From Malacoraja senta (taxonomy: Eukaryota), in assembly GCA_038087875.1 (NCBI GenBank), contig CM075987.1, forward strand, positions 26,166,001-26,229,986: a stretch of DNA of 63,986 nucleotides, written 5' to 3'. The notes beneath the pieces were generated by a model that saw nothing but the letters and a program-made list of their open reading frames with translations, was not told the DNA's origin and did not search any database. A program made the translations under genes and the position numbers. Of this stretch, positions 35,316 through 47,904 are shown piece by piece; the first letter of the stretch is position 1; each line of letters opens with the position of its first letter.

Positions 35316-35859
35316 TGTTACGACTCCCCGAAAGCAGGCAATCCAGAGCCGCGTAACACAGTTCAAAAGCCAGGTTTAAGTTCAAAAATAGTTTAATTAT
35401 TTTATAACACACCAAAACCCAAACCTGCTTACAAACAACCCAGACAAGGATATGAATGGATTAACAAACAACTTAAAAGTGCTCAGGCCAGCCACGCAAT
35501 GGACCGTTGAACCTGAGACTCTAAACCTGCCTAAAAGAAAGCTATCCCTGAAACAAAATACCGATAACTTCTAAGGACAGCCCAATTCAATATTTGGTAC
35601 TACGTAATGTTGAAATTACACGATGTTCTGTGCCATGTGTCCAGGCCTTCCACAGTTCACACCAGCGATCAGCTCACGAGGCAGGGTCGTCAAAGAGAGA
35701 GCGAGAATTCTGGGAACTCTGCTATTTATACTTCAGATGAGTCACCCGTCACCTGACGCAGCTTGGCCAATCGGGTACAGGAGCCTTTTAGCCCGCACTC
35801 GGGAAAGAAACAGAGAAAGGTTAATACATAACATTGACCAGGAGTGGGAGCGCCTAACA
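35316..35859 (-). mobile_element. Solo LTR, 544 bp
   Basis: TGTTA..TAACA termini; TSD AAGT at 35312-35315 and 35860-35863; minus-strand TATAAATAG near 35722 and ATTAAA near 35392. Confidence 0.75.
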
Positions 35860-36374
35860 AAGTATAAAGACAGAGGCCTGTGAAGGCAGGATCCTTTAGA
35901 GTTTTGCCGAGGCGGATCTATGCATTGTGAAAAGCTGCCCTTGGAAAGCAGAGATGCGGTCGGATGCTCAATGCCTTTCAATGCTTCCGAGCTATTTATT
36001 ATTAGTACTGAATGCAACCCACACGCTTAACAATCGGCATAATAGTCCTGACTATGTTCAGAGCTCAGGTTTCCAATGAAATGCTATGGCATTGCACAAT
36101 TAAAATGTTAAAGTGGGACTTTATTGAGTCGGAGGGAACTGTAGATGCTGGTTTACACCGAAGATAGACACAAAATAGAAACATAGATGCAGGAGTAGGC
36201 CATTCGGCTCTTCGAGCCAGCACCGCCATTCAATATGATCACGGCTGATCATCTAGAATCAGTACCCCATTCCTGCCTTCTCCCCATATCCCTCGATTTC
36301 TTTAGCCCGAAGAACTAAATCTACTGTAACCCCTTGTACCTTCCGTAGATTCCACTAGGGACTTTACTGGAAGT

Positions 36375-36598
36375 TGGACAATTTTATACTGGACATTTTT
36401 TTACATTTATCAAGCCAATTAACCTACAAACCTGCACGTCTTTGGAATGTAGGAGGAAACCGAAGATCTCGGAGAAAATCGCGGGGAGAATGTGCAAACT
36501 CCGTACAGACATGGCCCGTCGTCGGGATCGAATCCGGGTCTCTGGCGCTGCATTTTGCTGTAAGGTGGCAACTCTACCGCTGCGCCACCGTGACTGCC
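36375..36598 (-). mobile_element. HE1-like SINE
   Basis: Reverse-complement head and V domain. Confidence 0.75.
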
Positions 36599-37409
36599 CT
36601 CTTGAACTCTCTCTTGAAAATGCTGGAGTAAGCCCAGGATGGTGTTAGTGTGCGGGAGATCGCTGGTCGGTGTGGGCCCGGTGGGCCGAGGGGCCTGCCT
36701 CCGTGCTGTAACTCTAAAACTAAAAAGACATATGGTATGCTTGCCTTTATGGGTTGGTGCGTAAATATTCGGAAGTCATGTTACTGCTCAACGGGACTTT
36801 TGTTGGGCTGTTTTTAGAATACTTTGTGCTATTCTGGTTGCTCCATGGACAGGAAGGGTGTGGAGGCTTTGGGCATGGTGGGCCGAATGGCCTGTTTCCG
36901 CACTGAAAGCTTTGATGATCATATTGGTTCTATTAAGTGCCTCGAGATGTTTGACTATTTTCAAAGTGCTTTATAAATATCATAATGTTGTCAGAGAAAA
37001 TAATTGGTTGGAATTGGTTCGCCCATGAAATCATTTTTATAGGACATTGCTATGGAATGGACATGTTTTATCATTAATTGTTTAACTTGTAGGAATGGCC
37101 ACAAAATAAAACTGACATAAAGAATTACTCTCTGACAGTCCTTCCTTCCCCTTGTTATTGCTTTTCACTTGTACTGCAACTGAAGCATCCTATCCCAACC
37201 AGAGAGCATTCGTAAACTACTATCGAACTATCTTTGATCGGACTTTACGGGCTTTACCTTACACAAAACGTTATTCCCTTATCATGTATCTGCACACTGT
37301 GGATGCCTCGATTGTAATCTGTATTGTCTTTCCGCTGGCTGGATAGCACGCAACAAAAAGCTTTTCACTGTACCTCGGTACATGTGACAATAAACTAGAT
37401 TGAACTGAA

Positions 37410-38065
37410 CAGAATATGATGCGATATGATAGAACTTTATTTATCCCAGGTGGGAAATTGATCTGCCAACAATATTAAAACACAAAATACATGAGAGAGA
37501 GAGAGAGAGAGAGAGAGAGGGGGAGAGGGAGAGGGAGAGAGAGAGAAAGATTTAGCTCTTAGGGCTAAAGGATTCAAGGGATATGGGGATAAAGCAGTAA
37601 TGGGGTACTGATTGTGGATGATCAGCCATGATCACATTGAATGGCGGTGCATGCTCGAAGGGCCGAATGGCCTACTCCTGCACCTATTTTTCTGATTTTT
37701 AATGTTTTCTATGTTTCTATGAAATGTGAAATTAAAGTGACGAGTGGAAAGGATTGGGGACTTTCAAAGATTGGGGAGGGGGTGGGGGTGGGGGGGAGTC
37801 AGTCTACCCCACGACAGAAGGAGGAGGAGTTATACAGTTTGATAGCCACAGGGAAGAAGGATCTCCTGTGGCGTTCTGTGCTGCATCTTGGTGGAACCAG
37901 TCTGTTGGTGAAGGTGCTCCTCAGGTTGACCAGTGTGTCACGGAGGGGTTGAGCTGTATTGTCCAGGATGCTCCGCAGTTTGAGGAGCATCCTCCCCTCC
38001 AAGACCAACCTCCCGTGAATCCAACTCCACCCCCAGGACGGAGCCGGCCTTCCTGATGAGCTTGA
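37410..38065 (-). mobile_element. Rex1-like LINE 3' fragment with nested (GA)n and CR1 tail
   Basis: ORF 37799-38008 KLRSILDNTAQPL..TERHRRSFFPVAIKLYN. Confidence 0.75.
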
Positions 38066-38512
38066 ACCAGATGAGCATTCTGATGATTTTCAAAGAAAGC
38101 ACGTCAGGGGTGATTTTACTCGACACACAAGTGAAAAACTAAATACGCCTCAATAAGGTCTTCACCTTTGCTTGGGTTCCTGAACCGACCTGATTAACCC
38201 TGAAGATAGACACAAAACGCAGGAGTAACTCAGCGGGTCCCTGAAATTGGTTCAGCAATGGAACACTGTGGACCACCTCATGGACATGGTTCTCTGATAA
38301 ACCGAAGGCAGACACAAAAAGCTGGACACTGAATGCTGGAACTAAACTAAGCTAAACTAAGCTGAACACAAATTAATTACAAATTATTCAAGACCACAAA
38401 AGGAAAATTTGGATGTGTAAAAGGAGACACTCCTGCAAAAACAAAATCAGAGAACAATATGTAGGAGGGAAATGCAGGTGCCGGTTTACACCGAAGATAG
38501 ACACAAAAACAT

Positions 38513-38871
38513 TTGGACACGCTAGAGGCAGGAAACATGTTCCCGATGTTGGGGGAGTCCAGAACCAGGGGCCACAGTTTAAGAATAAGGGGTAAGCCAT
38601 TTAGAACGGAGACGAGGAAACACTTTTTCTCACAGAGAGTGGTGAGTCTGTGGAATTCTCTGCCTCAGAGGGCGGTGGAGGCAGGTTCTCTGGATGCTTT
38701 CAAGAGAGAGCTGGATAGGGCTCTTAAAAATAGCGGAGTCAGGGGATATGGGGAGAAGGCAGGAACGGGGTACTGATTGGGGATGATCAGCCATGATCAC
38801 ATTGAATGGCGGTGCTGGCTCGAAGGGCCGAATGGCCTACTCCTGCACCTATTGTCTATTGTCTATTGTCT
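38513..38871 (+). mobile_element. CR1 3' fragment nested in a Penelope tail unit
   Basis: ORF 38513-38776; (CTATTGT)n; host ACACAAAA..GCTGGAGTAACTC resumes at ~38872. Confidence 0.88.
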
Positions 38872-39089
38872 AAAAAGCTGGAGTAACTCAGCAGGACAGG
38901 CAGCATCTCTGGAGAGAAGGAATGGGTGACGTTTCTGGTCGTGACCCTTCTTCAGACTGATGTCAGGGGGGAGGGAGATACATAGATAAGGAAGTGTAGG
39001 GTGTGAAAATAGGACAAAGACAAATATAGAATAGATTAGTTAGCTGGGAGAAGATAACATTTTCCTTGATTTATCCTTGATCTCCAGAT

Positions 39090-40133
39090 AGCAATGTTAC
39101 AACATTTTGAGATTTAAAAAATAAAGTCTGCAATTTATCCCATCAGATAAAGCATAAAAAGAAGTTGAATTTGACACCTAATTCACTTTCATATCTTCAG
39201 TATTAAAAAAGTTATGGCCATTTTCATAGTCGGAAATTAGCATCTTGTTCCCTATTGCTTTTCCATTGACTTAACACAAAAGCTGTGATCGAGGACAGTC
39301 AAAAGCCCATAACTTTCTTAAAAATTAAGAGAACTGAAAGAAATTTTCAGTTATTATAGATTGAAGCATTCTGAAACAAATATGAAACAATCTTATTTAG
39401 ATGACATGAAATTAAAGCATATAATTAGTTAGTTACCTAATTGTAGCTAATTACAAAATTCAATTACTAGATCTAAACATCTATCAATTTCTTAAGAATA
39501 GATTAACATTTTTAAATAGCCTAAGTAGTCCAAATAACATTCACACAAGAATTCACAATATAACATAATTTTTTTATCTCATTGTCATGGATTTACAGGC
39601 CAAATGGAAGGAATTTAATGTTTAATACCTGTAAATTAATGGACATTTAAATCATTTTGCGAGTGAGGATTTCTGGAACGCGATCATTTGGAACGTTGAT
39701 TTGCGGTGAATTTAACCCCGTATTGGCATGAAAAATCCTGCCGTTAGTTCGGGGAATAAAATCACCGTTTCGCATGAAAAAATGTGAATTAAAGGCTTCT
39801 TAAGAAGCACTTTTATACATTAAAATAAACCACTTTCGTTTACCTGTCCCGTACATCAAATCCGTCCCCGTTGTTGGCGTTGACGGCTTCAGAAGCTGAT
39901 TTTAAAATGACTGCAGCGCTGCAATTGTCGGGAGATTAAAAAAAAAAAATACTCAAAACGCCCCTCGGAACGATTCTTCCGCAAAAGCTTGTTCTCCAAC
40001 GAAATATAATACAGGACAAGGTAGGAGAAACCCGCGTTTTAACCCCGCCCCCCCCCTCAAAGGCGCCAAAATCACGCACATGGCCAGTGGCAGAATTACA
40101 GCGCCACTGAAGGTAAGTATTGTAACATACCTG
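39090..40133. mobile_element. Non-autonomous hAT-like DNA transposon
   Basis: Imperfect TIR AGCAATGTTACAA / TTGTAACATACCTG; 8-bp TSD CTCCAGAT at 39082-39089 and 40134-40141. Confidence 0.7.
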
Positions 40134-40199
40134 CTCCAGATGTCTACAGATGGGTCTCAAACAGCACTATCTGGACTCGAGCACTATCCTTCCCTCCTG

Positions 40200-40400
40200 G
40201 GACGATTTACAATTATTCCAAAGCCAATTAGCCTACAAACCTGTACGTCTTTGGAGTGTGGGAGGAAACCGGAGCACCCGGAGAAAACCCAGGCAGGTCG
40301 CGGGGAGAATGTACAAGCTCCGTACAGACAACAGCTGTAGTCGTGATCGAACCCGGGTCTCTGCCGTTGTAAGGCAGCAACTCTACCGCTGCGCCACCAT
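40200..40400 (-). mobile_element. HE1-like SINE 5' part
   Basis: Reverse-complement A/B boxes and V domain. Confidence 0.8.
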
Positions 40401-40838
40401 TCTGACTTGCCTTGACTTGGTGTGAATGGCATTTGTTTATTGAGGGTTATTTCATCATCTCTTCCAGATCGCAAGGAGCTGACATTCATCAAACCATTCC
40501 AAATTTGGTGAGTTCAACTTTTTATTTATTAACACTAGAGACTGTTTCGCACATTAGTTTATACTAACAAATGTCATTTTGAAATGTTGGTGTGTTAATA
40601 TTGACCAAATTAAAGACATCATAAAATGGAGGATCCCTGCATTAGTCAGAATTGCTTAACATTTGTCAGTGGAAATTTGCAGGCTGTGGATGGCGCCAGC
40701 CAGTCTAGGCCTAGATTGATATGCAGGATGGTGAAGGATCCAGGCGTTCTTCTAAGTTCCTTCTCATTGATAAAATGTATAACAACTCTGCAAAATAAAC
40801 TTAAATGCATCGGTTTGATTGGATCGCTGCAAGGGGAT

Positions 40839-41902
40839 TGTAAATAGTGTAAATAATGTTGCCAGACAGTTACCCCACTGTTTGTTGATTGGTCAAAATG
40901 TTAAGCCTTGGAGGAATTGTTTTGTGTTCCAGGGTAAATGTTGCATTATTCAGTTGGTTAGCTTCCTTTCAGAAGCTCTATAGAGAAACAATGTATAGAA
41001 GACTCTGTAATTGTTTTGGGGAACTGCCAATAATGTATTGATGTAATTAATATGTTTGATTGTACCGTAAAGCAAGATTCTTGCTATTGAGGGAGTGCAG
41101 CGGAGGTTTACAAGGTTAATTCCCAGGATGGCGGGACTGTCATATGCTGAGGGAATGGAGCAGCTGGGCTTGTACACTCTGGAGTTTAGACGGATGAGAG
41201 GGGATCTCATTGAAACATATAAGATTGTTAAGGGCTTGGACACACTAGAGGCAGGGAACATATTCCCGATGTTGGGGGAGTCTAGAACCAGGGGCCACAG
41301 TCTAAGAATAAGGAGTAAGCCAATTGGAACGGAGACGAGGAAACACTTTTTCCCACAGAGAGTGGTGAGTCTGTGGAATTCTCTGCCTCAGAGGGCGGTG
41401 GAGGCAGGTTCTCTGGATGCTTTCAAGAAAGAGAGCTAGATAGGGCTCTTAAAAATAGCGGAGTCAGGGGATATGGGGACAAGGCAGGAACGGGGTACTG
41501 ATTGGGGATGAGCAGCCATGATCACATTGAATGGTGGTGCTGGCTCGAAGGGCCAAATGGCCTACGCCTGCACCTATTGTCTATTGTCTATTGTAAAAAG
41601 ACCACCCCTGTGTAGTTCGGCCCCGCAAGGTTCGTGGACCTGTAAAAGGTGTCTCCATTTTAGATCTTCTGGAATCATCTGGAAGAACGCTTGGGACTGA
41701 GTGACCTTTTGGAGTGTGTCTGCTTGCACGAGGCTAAAGGGCTTGGCCAGGCAGAGACAAGGATCAAACCTGCAGCGGTTTAGGTATAGTATAGGGGAAT
41801 TTGTGTTAATCCTAAGATAATAAAGTTTAGTTGGTCCAGTGCTTGAGTCAGTGTTTTAACTGAACTAGACTTGGGGGGTAAAGCTTTAGGAGCATATTTA
41901 CA
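40839..41902 (+). mobile_element. Possible LTR interrupted by CR1
   Basis: TGTAAATA..TATTTACA termini; AATAAA at ~41819; no matching TSD. Confidence 0.35.
41075..41591 (+). mobile_element. CR1 3' fragment
   Basis: ORF 41095-41439; (CTATTGT)n tail. Confidence 0.9.
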
Positions 41903-42063
41903 GGTGTCGAAGACTTGGCAAAAGTCCAAGAATGCTTCTATTCATTGAGCAATTGTACAAGTCATGCAGTGGGGACAACAAGAAGACATTTTGAAGTGTG
42001 TGAGGGGGGTGTGGTCATTGCAAGTTGCTACCATATTGTTGAAGGTTACACATCAGCAGTAAC

Positions 42064-42345
42064 GCTTGGGCAGCTTACACCCCAGCGGTATGAACATTGA
42101 CTTCTCTAACTTCAAGTAACCCTTGCTTTCCCTCTCTCTCCATCCCCCTCCCCTTCCCAGTTCTCCGACCAGTCTTACTGTCTCCGACTACATTTTATCT
42201 CTACTTTATAGTTCCCTTCTCCCAATTAACAAAGATCTATTCTACATGTTCCTTGAACTCCATCCGCTTTGTGCGGTTTTCACACCTCACACTCCCTTAT
42301 CTATCTTTGGTTTAAACCAGCACCTGCAGTTCCTTCATACACATT
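42064..42345 (+). mobile_element. Penelope-like 3' fragment with internal deletion
   Basis: CGCTTGGGCAGCTTACACCCCAGCGG..CTGCAGTTCCTTC. Confidence 0.7.
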
Positions 42346-42449
42346 CTACACACCTGGCAGGTATAGCAGGACACAGGTGAGGGAGGGTTTTGGGTTAAGC
42401 TGATGGTTGGACAGAGGCCAGAGATGAAAAGACAGAGGTCCTTTGCATT

Positions 42450-42870
42450 GACCCCTATTTACACCTCACGCTACCTCGGCAAGGCCAACAGCATAATCAA
42501 GGACGAGTCGCACCCCGGCCACTCCCTCTTCTCCCCTCTCCCATCGGTCAAAAGTTATAGAAGTGTGAAAACGCACACCTCCAGATTCAGGGACAGTTTC
42601 TTCCCAGCTGTTATCAGGCAACTGAACCATCCTACCACAACCAGAGAGCGGTCCTGAACTACTATCTACCTCATTGGTGACCCTCGGACTATCTTTGATC
42701 GGACTTTACTGACTTTACCTTGCACTAAACGTTATTCCCTCATCATGTGTCTACGCACTGTGAATGGCTCAATTGTAATCATGTATTGTCTTTCCGCTGA
42801 CTGGATAGCACGCAACAAAGGCTTTTCACTGTACCTCGGTACACGTGACAATAAACGAAACAGAACTGAA
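42450..42870 (+). mobile_element. Rex1-like LINE 3' end
   Basis: ORF 42403-42657 motifs; tail GTGACAATAAA. Confidence 0.82.
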
Positions 42871-43411
42871 CCCAATACACTGTGGACGTCGATACAACGT
42901 GCAAACGCTGGAATTAATTTTTCATGGATTATCATGGGGAAAACCCCAGATATGAATCTTTCTCAGTGTTGGCAGCTCACTCATTGATATGATTACTCAA
43001 CGATAAGCATCGAAGCAAAGATTGGACGACTATGTGAAAATATCCTTCTTTTCCACCATAGCTTCTATTCATTGTGATATCATTAATGGTTCTTTCCTCT
43101 ACGACTGCCTTTATGTGCCTGTAAAGGTGAGTTATGGCATTGAATGTGAAGGGATGAGGAGAGTTTATGCTGCACGTCTTGCTTTTGTATATGTCATAAC
43201 TCTTGTCTCAGGTTGCAAAGCAAAGCAGAAAAGAACTTGTCCAGGAGGCCATTAGAATTTATTAAATGCCAAATTGCATTGGGTACTTTACGCACTCCAT
43301 TGCATGTGACTGGGTGAGCAATTTCTTTGCAATGTAAAGCCAGACATAACTCATCAGAATATGAACGGACTGCGACTTGGCTTCTCTTTACTAATTCACT
43401 ACTTCACATAT

Positions 43412-43865
43412 AGACTCCAACGACTCCATTTACACCTCACGCTGCCTCGGCAAGTCCAGCAGCATAATCAAGGATGAGTCGCAACCCGGCCACTCCCTCT
43501 TCTCCCCTCTCCCATCGGGCAAAAGGTACAAAACTGTGAAAACGCACACCTCCAGATTCAGGGACAGTTTCTTCCCAGCTGTTATCAGGCAACTGAACCA
43601 TCCTACCAACAACCAGAGAGCAGTCATTGGAGAACCTCGGAAGGACATTGTACGTTCTCCCCGTGACCTGCGTGGGGTTTTCTCCGGGTGCTCTGGTTTC
43701 CTCCCACCAAAGACTTGTAGACTTGCAGATTTGTAGATTATTTGGTTTGGTATAGTTATAAATTGTCCCTAGTGTGTGTGTGCAGGATGGCGTTAGTGTG
43801 CGGGGATCGCTGGTCGGCGCGGACTCGGCGGGCTGTAGGGCCTGTTACTGCGCTGTATCTCTATA
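43412..43865 (+). mobile_element. Rex1-like fragment fused to a 5'-truncated HE1-like SINE (from ~43648)
   Basis: SFFPAVIRQLN followed by the V domain. Confidence 0.75.
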
Positions 43866-44085
43866 ATGCGTCACCCTAACACCAGTGCATGGAAGTTTTG
43901 TAAATTGTTAGAACTTCAGATGATGATGATACGTTATTGTCGCTTGTACCGAGCAAGGTGCTGAGAAATTCTTTGTTTTTGGGTTCAAACTACGCAAAAG
44001 AGTCGCCACAAAGGCGCCGACATAGTTGCAAAAGGTGCTCATCCTTTCTTTGTCCCCTCACGCCAGGTCCCCCTCTGTTTTGTGT

Positions 44086-44385
44086 GGTTTAGTTTAGAGA
44101 TACAGCGCGGAGACAGACCCTTCGACCCACCGTCCACACCGACCAGCGATCCCCGCACACTAACACTACCCTACTCACACTCGGGACAATATACAGCTAC
44201 ACCAAGCCAATTCAACTTACAAACAAGCCTGTACGTCCTTGGAGTGTGGGAGAGAACCGAAGATCTCGGAGAAAACCCACGCAGGTCACGGGGAGAACGT
44301 ACAAACTCCGTACAGGCAGCACCCGCGGTCAGGATCGAACCCGGGTCTCTGGCGCTGTAAGGCAGCAACTCTACCGCTGCTCCAC
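44086..44385 (-). mobile_element. HE1-like SINE
   Basis: Reverse-complement copy. Confidence 0.82.
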
Positions 44386-44804
44386 CCTAGACATTTGTTA
44401 CCAACTTCATACATCAGCGTAGATAATTCTGAGCTAAGGATAGGGAATTGAAAAGGGTTGCAAAAGACCTGCTTACGGCAGGGGAGAACATACGAACGAG
44501 GCAGAAAACTGCGTGCAGACTAGCGCTCATAGTCATGATGGAAGCTGGGTCTCTGATGCTGTCAGGCAGCATATCTACCGCTCTCAGTACAGTACTTAGT
44601 GGGATTCTCCATCTGATGTTTGTGGTGGGGTTTTGCAGAGTTTGGTCAGACAGTTACGTGATACAGAGCTGTCAAATTTCAACTCCTGCCAGTAATTCTC
44701 CCATGCTTCTAATCGGGGGCAGTTGGTCATGAAATGGGACAAATTAGCAAACATGTCACCCGTAACAATGTCATGGCCAGTAGTGGGATCCCGTTGGAAT
44801 TTTT

Positions 44805-45543
44805 TACTGCCCACTACTAGCCACATCTTCCCATCTCCACCTCTTTCTGCTTGCCGCAGAAACCGTTCCCTCCGCATCTCCCTGGTCAACTCGTCCCTTC
44901 CCACCCAAACCACCCCCTCCCCAGGTACTTTCCCCTGCAACGGCAGGAGATGCAACACCTGTCCCTTTACCTCCACCCCTCGACTCCATCCAAGGACCCC
45001 GACAGTCTTTCCAGGTGAGGCAGAGGTTCACTTGCACCTCCAACAACCTCATCTACTGTATCCGCTGTTCCAGGTGTCAACTCCTCTACATCGGCGAGAC
45101 CAAGCGCAGGCTCGTCGATCATTTCGCTGAACACCTCTGCTCAGTCCGTCTTAACCTACCTGATCTCCCGGTTGCTCAGCACTTCAACTCCCCCTCCCAT
45201 TCCCAATTTGACCTTTCTGTCCTGGGCCTCCTCCACTGTCAGAGTGAGGGCCAGCCAGTGCAAATTGGAGGAACAGCACCTCATATTTCGCTTGGGCAGC
45301 TTACACCCCAGCGGTATGAACATTGACTTCTCTAACTTCAAGTAACCCTTGCTTTCTCTCTCTCTCCATCCCCTTCCCCTTCCCAGTTCTCCCCACCAGT
45401 CTTACTGTCTCTGACTACATTCTATCTCTGTCCCGCCCACTCCCCTGACATCAGTCTGAAGAAGGGTCTCGACCCGAAACGTCACCCATTCCTTCTCTCC
45501 AGAGATGCTGCCTGATCCGCTGAGTTACTCCAGCATTTTGTGT
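44805..45543 (+). mobile_element. Penelope-like element 3' part (GIY-YIG plus tail, subfamily A), frameshifted
   Basis: PCNGRRCNTC; NLIYCIRCSRCQLLYIGETKRRL; CTGAAGAAGGGTCTCGACCCGAAACGTC at 45456; short inverted 5' piece at ~44775-44800. Confidence 0.9.
45452..45487 (+). ncRNA. Putative minimal hammerhead ribozyme motif (subfamily A)
   Basis: CAGT-CTGAAGA-A-GGGT(CTCG)ACCC-GAAAC-GTC-ACCC. Confidence 0.55.
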
Positions 45544-46204
45544 CCACTGGGGGAACGTACAAACTCCATACAGGCAGCACCCATAGTCAGGATCGAACCC
45601 GGGTCTCTGGCGCTGTAAGGCAGCAACTCTACCGCTGCGCCACCGTGCCAAAGTTAAATATTCCATTGAGCAAAGCGATATTTCTTTGTGACAATCTGTT
45701 AGTTTGCGCTTACGGTTATTACGATAGTTTAAAAAAAAATCATATTTATTTATTTAAATTCTCCAGTTGCCATGGTGAGACTAGAACTCTTGATCAACGT
45801 TCCGGAACTCTTGTTGCTAATTCTCTATGACTAAACCAAAGTAATGGATATTTTTAAGCCTGAGATAGATTCTTCATTAGTTCGGGTGTCAGGGGCTATG
45901 GGGAGAAGGCAGGAGAATGAGGTTAGGAGGGAGAGATAGATCAGCCATGATTAAATGGTGGAGTAGACTTGATGGGCTAATTCTGCTCATCGCTTATGAA
46001 CTTATGAATTATGATGCCATGTGTATTAATCTGCGCAGCATCACTGGTCGACCATCTGATGTAGCTGCGTCTAGATTTTCCGTCACGTTTCCAACATTAC
46101 AACTCTTCCAAAGTACTTAATTGTCTGTAAAATGTTTTGAGACGTCTCGAGATCATGAATGCACTGTTAGCCATTCTTTCCCACAGCGCCTTGTTCTGCA
46201 GTTG

Positions 46205-46443
46205 GCCAGAGGGTGGTGAATCTGTGGATTTTATTGCCACAGAAGGCTGTCGAGGACAAGTCAATGGATATTATTAAGTTGGAGATTGATAGATTTTTGA
46301 TTAATACGGGTGTCAGGGGTTATGGGGAGAAGGAAGGAGAATGGGGTTGGGAGGGAGAGGTAGATCAGCCATGATTGAATGCCGGAGTAGACTTGATGGG
46401 CCGAATGGCCCAATTCTGCTCCCATAAATTATGAACTTATGAA
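46205..46443 (+). mobile_element. CR1 3' end
   Basis: QRVVNLW..; GGCCGAATGGCC tail, (TTATGAAC)n. Confidence 0.8.
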
Positions 46444-46637
46444 ATGTACTGTGAATTACCTCATGAACTTTTTTTTAATTGTACTTTCTTCCACATAATG
46501 TTTAATATTAATACTTACATTATTGATTTCTTAAATAATTCTATTCCTCCAATGAAAAGCTACTTTAATCATTTGGAATATCCATCGGTCAGAGCTATAT
46601 TTCACTTGCCTAATAAAACGTGGAGATCTTAAGAGTG

Positions 46638-46925
46638 AGGCAGCACGGTGGAGCAGCGGCAGAGTTGCTGCCTCACAGCGCCAGTGAACCGGGTTCAATC
46701 CTGACTACGGGTGCTGTCTGTATGGAGTTTGTACGTTCCCTCCGTGGGTTTTCTCCGGGTGCTCTGGTTTCCTCCCACATTTCAAAGAGGTACAGGTTTG
46801 TAGGTTAATTGGCTTGGTGTAATTGTAACTTGTCTCCTGTGGACAGAATAATGCTAGTGTACGAGGTGATCGCTGGTCGTGGCGGACTTGGTGGGCCAAT
46901 TCTACCCACGCTGCATCTCTGAAAT
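46638..46925 (+). mobile_element. HE1-like SINE
   Basis: A/B boxes, V domain. Confidence 0.8.
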
Positions 46926-47108
46926 CTAATCTTTAAAGGTTCATTGGGTTGAAGCCCTCCGTTTATTTCTCGACTTGCAGAACCAACCAACCAACCATCC
47001 AGTCTGAAGAAGGGTCTTGCCTTGAACGTCACCTGTTCCTTGTCTCCAGGGATGGTGCCTGTCCCACTGAGATACTCCAGCATTTTGTGTATATCTTGTT
47101 GCTGAGTT

Positions 47109-47532
47109 GGGGGCTGTCCCACTGCGGCAACTTAATCCGTGAGTTGTGGCGAGTTTGCCCTCGACTCATACTAGCAGCATGGTCGACACAAGGTCCTAGG
47201 AAGTCTTCGTAACTCTCCTTCATGCTCGAGAGTAGTCCCCGCGTACTCGAGGCCTCAGCTAGGTCGCGGCGTATTTTTCAACATGTTGAAAAATGCCCGC
47301 GAGTAAAAAAAGGTCGCCATGGAAAAAAAAAATCGATATTTTTTTTACTCGTAGGTTTAGTCGAAGTACGTCGTAGTAGGTCGGCATGTTAGTCGTAGGT
47401 AATCGAGGGTAGTCGAAGGTAATCGTAGATAGTCTTCATCATAGTCGAAGGAGGTCTTCAACATGACATTTATCCAAATCTCCTAAACTCTTCTAAACTC
47501 GCCAATTAGTTCGCCACACTGGGACAGCCCCT
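47109..47532. mobile_element. PIF/Harbinger-like MITE
   Basis: GGGGCTGTCCCA / TGGGACAGCCCC; internal palindrome shared with the 7828 element. Confidence 0.8.
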
Positions 47533-47622
47533 TATATCTGTTGGCCACAAGTGTTTCACATCTATGAGAGTGCATGAGGCTTACACAGCAGCTTATGAAG
47601 GAGCACATCATCTCTGTGTTGT

Positions 47623-47856
47623 GCTGTAACCACTTGCCGATTTTTTTCGGCGACTGCCGCCATCATTGACTGACGTATCAGGTCACCGAAAAATTAGCGG
47701 CATGACGCAGCGTGACGACGTATTGACGCGCGGTGTTTTTTCAAGCGTCGCAACATTTTTTTGTCGCCGCTGGATTCTGAAATGTTCAAAATCTTTTGGT
47801 GACACTGATATGATGCCGGCAGTCGCCGAAAAAAATCGCCAAGTGGGACAGGCCCT
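47623..47856. mobile_element. PIF/Harbinger-like MITE (same family as 28532), left TIR degraded
   Basis: Internal similarity to 28532-28783; right TIR intact. Confidence 0.8.
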
Positions 47857-47904
47857 TATCTTTATTGTGTGGAACGCAACCTTCACTGCAACAACCCATT
47901 GTTC

